Shown here in pieces: positions 60,703 through 64,000 of a stretch of DNA of 64,000 nucleotides (positions are counted from its first letter, which is position 1; every line of letters begins with the position of its first letter). The DNA is taken from the NCBI RefSeq assembly GCF_018977255.1, contig NW_024704742.1:39868001-39932000 (forward strand), in the 5' to 3' direction. The position numbers and the translations under genes are program-made. Source of the DNA: Callorhinchus milii (Eukaryota). The notes beneath the pieces were generated by a model. The model worked only from the letters and a program-made list of their open reading frames with translations, was not told the DNA's origin and did not search any database.

Positions 60703-61814
60703 TTCTATGTGATATTACTCAAACCTGTTTATAAATAATAATAATAATAATAATCCTTGCATTTGACTCCCCAAACAGCAGAATAGTCATGCAATCCCAT
60801 AAAGCAAGCATAGAATCTGTTGGGTTACACTCATCTTTAGCAAAGATAGGAAGTTTAACTAATGCACTCCAGTTATTGATTGTCAGCCATCATCTTCAAT
60901 TACTTGAACTGCTCCACTCATTCATCGTACTCTCTCCACTCACCAATTTCTGAATCAAGATCCACATTGTTCCCTTTTGTTAATCCTTTTAACAATGCAA
61001 TCTGGTCCAGTGGCTGAGGTTACTGATTAAACATTTGGGCCTGTCATTGTGCAATTGTGCACCTTACTCTTAGTATTTTATATGAACAATGATCATTCGC
61101 TAAATTCTATAGAAAATGATAATTACACTGTGCATCTCAGTGAAAGGCATGGAAAGGAGATGAAGGGTCAAAATTGCTACACTTCATGGCAAGAAGAATT
61201 TCACTCCCTGACTTTCTGGTAAGAGGAAAACAAAGTTCAGGAATCAGTCCTTCTCCCAAGAACCAAGAAGCTACCAAAAATGCAATTGTACATATGTATA
61301 AAATACATCATGACTTCAAATCGCTTGACTTAGGCAGGTCAAAGAAATTATATATTCTACTTTCAATTCTAATTGGAACGTGGGACTTCAGCCTAGGAGC
61401 AAGCTATTCATAATTACTCCAGGGTCTCCTTACCTCAAAATGCTGAGTTTTTGTTTTACATTCTGAGGGTTGGCAAGTATAGTACATTAGTTGTCATATT
61501 ATAGCCTCCAGAGACTATACAGTTGGCGTCGATAGCCAGACAGAGGACTTTGATAAATGTCAGTAATATTTACAGTGTAAATTAGAGTTATTTTAGTCCA
61601 AGTGTTTTGCCAGCAGTGGCTGAAGCATATAATGGACAAAGGACATGCTCCTATTTAAAGGAACTCCAGTATACTATGGTGCTGTTCATTGCACCAACCT
61701 TCACTGAGATGTGCTCCAAATCATCCTCTTCCAGTCTTTCCTGTCAATTGCATACATCATAAAACTATGGAATGGATTCATAAAAAAAAGGAATGGATCT
61801 ATTCCAAAATGTAA

Positions 61815-62180
61815 AATAGGCCCAGTGGTATAGTGGACACAATACTCCAGCTGCAGCCTACCAATGATTTATACAAACTTAAGATAATAGCTTTACTTTT
61901 GTACTCTATCCCTCTTTGTATAAAATACAGCATACTATTATTCTTCACAGCCTATGTAACTTGCGATGCCACTTTCAATGACCTGTGTACTTGCACTCCT
62001 AAATTGCCGTCAATCCCTTTGCCCTCAGATCCTAAAAAAACACTACCATTCAATCTATGCTCCCATCCCTCATTTTCTTCGATCTCATATTCCCCTTTAC
62101 ACACAGTATATAATTGGCCACTGATCAGCCCATTGTGCTAATCTGTTTAAATCCTCTTGTGTTCTCTTGTCATCCGCATT
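61815..62180 (-). mobile_element. Degraded CR1 fragment
   Basis: Reverse complement encodes GIEYKSKAIILSLYKSLV...QLEYCV. Confidence 0.75.
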
Positions 62181-63369
62181 ACTCTCAGACAATCAAGTAG
62201 CTGGAGTAGAATCCATAATACTGTAGGTAGATTATTCAGTCTGTGGAAGGAAGGTCTTGATACACTGTATGGCCTTTTCTCTTTCATGCTTTTCTATGAT
62301 ACACAATGTAAAAAGGAGATTCTCCTGGTATTCTGACCAACAATTCTCCAGATAATAGTGATCATTCACTTCCTTTTCACCAACAAAACTCAGTCACTGC
62401 ACTTTACAGTATATCAGTATATCCTGTGATACATTTTGGGACGTCCTCCAGACATGAAAGGCGCTATACCAAATGTAAGGATTGGTATTATTTTACATTA
62501 AAGGTGTTAGCCATCTGTAACTCTTCAAAAATTAAAGAGTTACGGATGATAAAATACTCAGAAAACACTTGATGCAATTTGGCTGTCATTCAGTTAACTG
62601 ATTGTTGGAGGCGGCTCGCATTTTACCCTGAATGCAAGGCATCGAGTTAGACATAAGTATGTGTTTGATTCAATCTTTTTTAATTGCCTCTTTTGCCAGT
62701 CAAACAATAGGTCTTCTATTACCGTGGCTGCCATTGTCACCGTGTGACAGTGTAACCAAGACCCATTGAAAATTAGTCAGGAGGTTTGTTCGTGAAAAGG
62801 GATAGAAAGCAGACCTGTAGTTGTAACCAAATTATATAGGGCTTCCTTTAGTGAGTCTATTTTTGACTGCTTTATGCAAATAAGGAATATGCATTTTTAT
62901 TCTTATATCACTATTGAACTCCACTTGAAGCTTTACCTATCCTAACTCACGCCTCTCCTATACCCCTCTATCTCTTCTGTCTGTCGTGTACAATTGAAAA
63001 GGTTTCAAAGAGGAACCACTCTGACTCTGGGACTTAGGGCTTTAACTCAGAGAACTAGATCTGTTTCCATTACAAAAAGATTAAAAGGTCACATAATCCA
63101 GGTTTTTAAAATGCTGAGAGCAATGTAGCTGCAAACTGTGTTTAAGTGGTTCTGTGAGAATAGTGCTGGAGGACGTAAGCAATAAACCAAGATAACTTAA
63201 ACAATGCTTCAGCTTAGAAAGATTCACCTACCCCCCACGCGCCCCACCACAAACACACACAGACACATTTTTGGGACATCAGGAATATATTCTTAGATAA
63301 AGCATTGAATGCTGTGTCGATTGATGCATTAAAAAAGGGTTGAGTATGGGAGAAGAGGAGAGAGAGAAC

Positions 63370-63741
63370 AATAATAATAATAATAATAATCCTTGCATTT
63401 GATATAGCGCTTTTAATAATAATAATAATAATAATAATCCTTGCATTTGATATAGCGCGTTTCACATCGGGAGGACGTCCCAAAGCGCTTCACTGAACAC
63501 ACTGTAAAGTGAATTGATTGTATATTTGTGTGCGAAACGCGGCAGCCAATTTCGCACAGCAATGTCCCACAAACAGTCGTAGATTGAAAATGACCAATTT
63601 ATTATTGTTTTGTTTTTGGAGGGATTATTATTAGGCGTGTGGAGTAAGGAAACTTGCCCAAGGTTTCGCCCTGCCTGGAATTGAACCCGGGTGTCTCACT
63701 TGCAAGACGAGTGCTCTAACCACTGAGCTACAGGACTCCAC
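63370..63741 (-). mobile_element. Full-length tRNA/Deu SINE with a duplicated 3' terminus
   Basis: Head at 63741; the tail unit GCGCTATATCAAATGCAAGG(ATT)n occurs twice in tandem. Confidence 0.93.
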
Positions 63742-64000
63742 AACAACAACAAAATGAGATTTCTATAGCGCCTTTCACATCGGGAGGACGTCGGGAAGGC
63801 GCTGGACAGTCAGTGTTTCGGACTCGAGCTGGGGGTCAGGATTGGGGAGGGTGGAGGGCAGGGAGGGAAGCAGGGTGATTGAAAGCAGTCGAACAGGAGG
63901 GACTTGAGATGGGTCTTCAAGGAGGCAAGGGAGCGGGCAAGGCAGAGGGACTGCAGGATGGAGTTCTAGAGGGTGAGGGCAGAGTGGCAGAAGGCCCGCC
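63742..64000 (-). mobile_element. L2 3' end (continues beyond the window)
   Basis: Reverse complement: CCCTCTAGAACTCCATCCTGCAGTCCCTC...CCTTGAAGACCCATCTC...GAAAGGCGCTATAG...(GTT)n. Confidence 0.88.

Overview
AT-rich vertebrate genomic DNA, almost certainly from a cartilaginous fish and probably a chimaera such as Callorhinchus. This is inferred from the repeat complement, not from a database search. A large share of the window is retroposon-derived: 5'-truncated CR1 and L2 LINE fragments, a young tRNA-Ala-headed Deu-domain SINE in at least two subfamilies, and an older SacSINE1-like DeuSINE. It also holds small Tc1/mariner-superfamily MITEs, several unnamed ancient repeats, a 30-bp minisatellite with higher-order structure, and microsatellites. 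None of the supplied ORFs is a credible host gene: they are LINE ORF2 remnants, SINE read-throughs, tandem-repeat artefacts or short chance ORFs. The unique sequence looks like a large intron. On the minus strand I find small candidate exons (36, 57, 9, 24, 28 and 69 nt) with canonical splice signals. Five of them chain into one stop-free frame, and the 57-nt one is bracketed by a perfect 19-nt long-range complementary pair. I cannot name the host gene, and short splice-site matches also arise by chance, so these exons are hypotheses. Repeat boundaries are read by eye and are approximate.
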